DNA of 58,036 nt from Gonapodya sp. JEL0774. Its lineage: Eukaryota. A program made the translations under genes and the position numbers. The notes beneath the pieces are model-generated. The model was given only the letters and a program-made list of their open reading frames with translations, did no database searches and was not told the origin of the DNA. Shown piece after piece: positions 53,436 to 58,036 of this stretch (its first letter is position 1; every line of letters begins with the position of its first letter). The stretch is from the NCBI GenBank assembly GCA_027604505.1, contig JADIIX010000140.1, positions 1-58,036 of the forward strand, given 5' to 3'.

Positions 53436-53921
53436 CGATCAATATATGTGTGAATTTACTTGCTTAATGAGAATGAGTACCCAGCAGCGGTGAATGGAGC
53501 AGAATTCAGATGGGGTGAGAAAACTTGGTTAAGAATAGATTTAACAGAAGTGAATTCCTTACCGGGAATAGGCAGAGGTGAAACGGTGATCCGCGAATGA
53601 CTGTGTATTATATACACAAGGAAGTTTTTCTGTACCGGAATCGTAGAGCTTTGGTATGCGGATTGGATATCCAGCCGAGCTCCGAAAACCTTTCAGGGTC
53701 CTGGCCGGAGCAGCTCACAAACTGTCTCATCCACAGCAGCGGCGAGATTGCATCCTGTCATCAACGTTCTAGAACGATCCACAAAAGTCGCCATCAAACA
53801 TTCTCATGCGCACAGTTTGTAAATGGTCAAGGTGTATGGTGCTGCTGCTACTGACAATCCTATAGCCCTAACTTACGTCACTTTTATTCGTATTTTAACC
53901 GCCATCTATCTGTACACAAAT

Positions 53922-56152
<2,231 letters not shown>

Positions 56153-56251
56153 AGAACGGATAATTGGAGGAAATCGTGTAGTTGAATTCGAATACGGAAC
56201 TCGGGGTCATTTCGTGATCCGAACAGGAGGAAAGCCAAATCGGCATTTAGT

Positions 56252-58036
56252 ATGGAGAAACGGAGAAGAAGCTCTCAGTCTGACAACAATGAAGACTTAG
56301 TGGAAACAACTGCAAGGAAGACAAAAACCCGGAGAGTGAGGAAAGGTGAGACTCCTGTTCAGATTTTGCTGGATGCCACCCAGGTCCTAAACCTTCTTTG
56401 CGGGGGAAAGCGTGCGATTACTGCAGAGGAGAGCATCAACGATGTGATGGAATCGAACCTACTTGTGGGAGGTGCAGTGGGAAAGGTCTCGTTTGCACAT
56501 GGGGTAAGTCATGTCCTCCGTGAATGCATTCCACTCCGATGTCCCCCATCATCATGATCCTTACAACTTCTCCGCCATATGAATCACCTCCCCGAACCAC
56601 ATAATCTCCGATATACCCCGCTCGTAATTGTCAATTTCTTTTTGGAATCGTAGGATTTGAGCGACGGCAGAATGGCCCCAGAAAAGGATGGATAGAAGAC
56701 CTTCGTACCCGGGTGGAATCGCTCGAAGCTCGACTGCTCGAAACAGTCATCTTGGAAGTCCCCTCGCACTCGGCCGCTATACTGTCTCGGCTTACTGAAG
56801 AAGACATCAGAGTTGGAACGAGAATGGGAAACGGTCCCAGGAACTATATTGACGACTCCCTCTCACGTCTTCACGCCACCCTGGAAAGTTTTGCGGAGAT
56901 TTTGGAACATCGGAGACAATATTCGGCGTCGAAAGCGGCTTTGGAATGTCCACCGAGCGTGCCGTTGGAGTACAGCACCCGTGACGATCCGGAACCCGAA
57001 CACGTGACACCAGTCGTCCATTCACATACAACAGCAGAATTAGATATCCACACAAAAGATGAATCCCACCGTCAGCGCGATATTCCTGGTCGTCGATTGT
57101 CCATGTTGAACAGGAATCCGCCAAGTCTGGACACGCATGCATCACCAAAACTCGCGATTCCACGATCAGTAGATATATTTCAGGACTTGGAACCTCTACC
57201 GCCGGTGGAGATATTGAACGATCTTATCGGTCGCTACTTTACGTTCATATGGGAGTTCCCCGATGTTCAACCCGGGTACCGTATGATTGATCCTGAAGTG
57301 TTCTCGTCGAGTTTCTCGAAGCAACATCCCCTACTTATTTACTCGATGATGTCGACATCAGCTGCTGATCGTGGCTTTTCACAGTGAGTTAATTCCTGAA
57401 CGTCTGAGTTTCTACTGGGAAAACGCTTCCCTTTTCTCGTTCTTGTTGCAGTCCCGATCGACTGAAGATTTCGGCATCTTTGCTGGCGCGATGTAAGCGA
57501 GTCCTCGCGGATTCTCTTGAAAGTCCTTATCGAGGGGTCTCGGTAGTACAAGCACTTTTGGTTTTCTGTCGAGGATTACATGCCCAACATATTGAACGGT
57601 TAGTGTTGCCAATCCACTGAAAACGGCAATTGTGTGCTCATACATACCACATGTAGCCACCTCTGGTCAAGTGTATTTGCTATCTGTGTCAGTAAAGCGA
57701 AAGAGCTGGGATTGACGAGCGAGTTTGGATCTCCCGAAGGGGTCCTCCTCTGGCCTCCTCACGATAATGCAATCAGTAACATGGAAGAGCGCGAGCGCAC
57801 AGGTACGGACTCCCTTTTAACCGATTAGGCCCAAATCGATGTCGTTTTTTTAATTCCCCCCCCCCCCCCCCCTGAAATTTCAAACATTTCAGCACGAGGT
57901 AAGAACTGTTTGAATTGCGGACATAATCCGTTCTTTATCTGGTAATGTTGTTCACACACTTCATTCAGGTTTATATGCCTTCGACTTGATTTCCTCCCTT
58001 CTGTCTCCAAACTCTCATCCGAGTGCTCTTTGGGAC
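56252..58036 (+). CDS. Zn(II)2Cys6 fungal transcription factor, runs off the window
   Basis: Spliced ACDYCRGEHQRCDGIEPTCGRCSGKGLVCTW (~56411-56503), then a middle-homology-like region (LIGRYF...PLLIYSM; AKELGL). Confidence 0.93.

Noticed and set aside
57856..57872. Poly-C run, and G-runs near 5335-5430
   Set aside because: Simple homopolymers: one probably intronic, the other encoding polyproline. No evidence of function.

Overview
Gene-dense, intron-rich, GC-rich eukaryotic DNA from a fungus. The Zn2Cys6 factor, GT-AG introns, CFIm68 and GH28 pectinase point to an early-diverging zoosporic lineage, possibly Gonapodya-like (inference only). About 20 genes are supportable: the end of histone H2A, a formate/nitrite transporter, a large hypothetical protein, a modular GH5 exo-glucanase, an L-type lectin, a tail-anchored protein, a GH28 exo-polygalacturonase, a SPOC plus PIN-like (Chp1/TASOR-like) protein with coding tandem repeats, CPSF6, a 7TM protein, ankyrin-SH3, an LRR protein, agmatinase, a MYND remnant, a DUF5092-like protein, DES1, a bacterial-type methyltransferase, DUF3500, a carboxylesterase and a Zn2Cys6 factor. 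Two regions look like decayed LINE relics. The most notable signals are a metazoan-style histone 3' stem-loop behind H2A, the Chp1/TASOR-like protein with a C4 finger in place of a chromodomain, and an unnamed repeated Cys/Trp module on the GH5 enzyme. Gene models were spliced by eye, so several starts are approximate. Domain calls come from remembered motifs, not searches.
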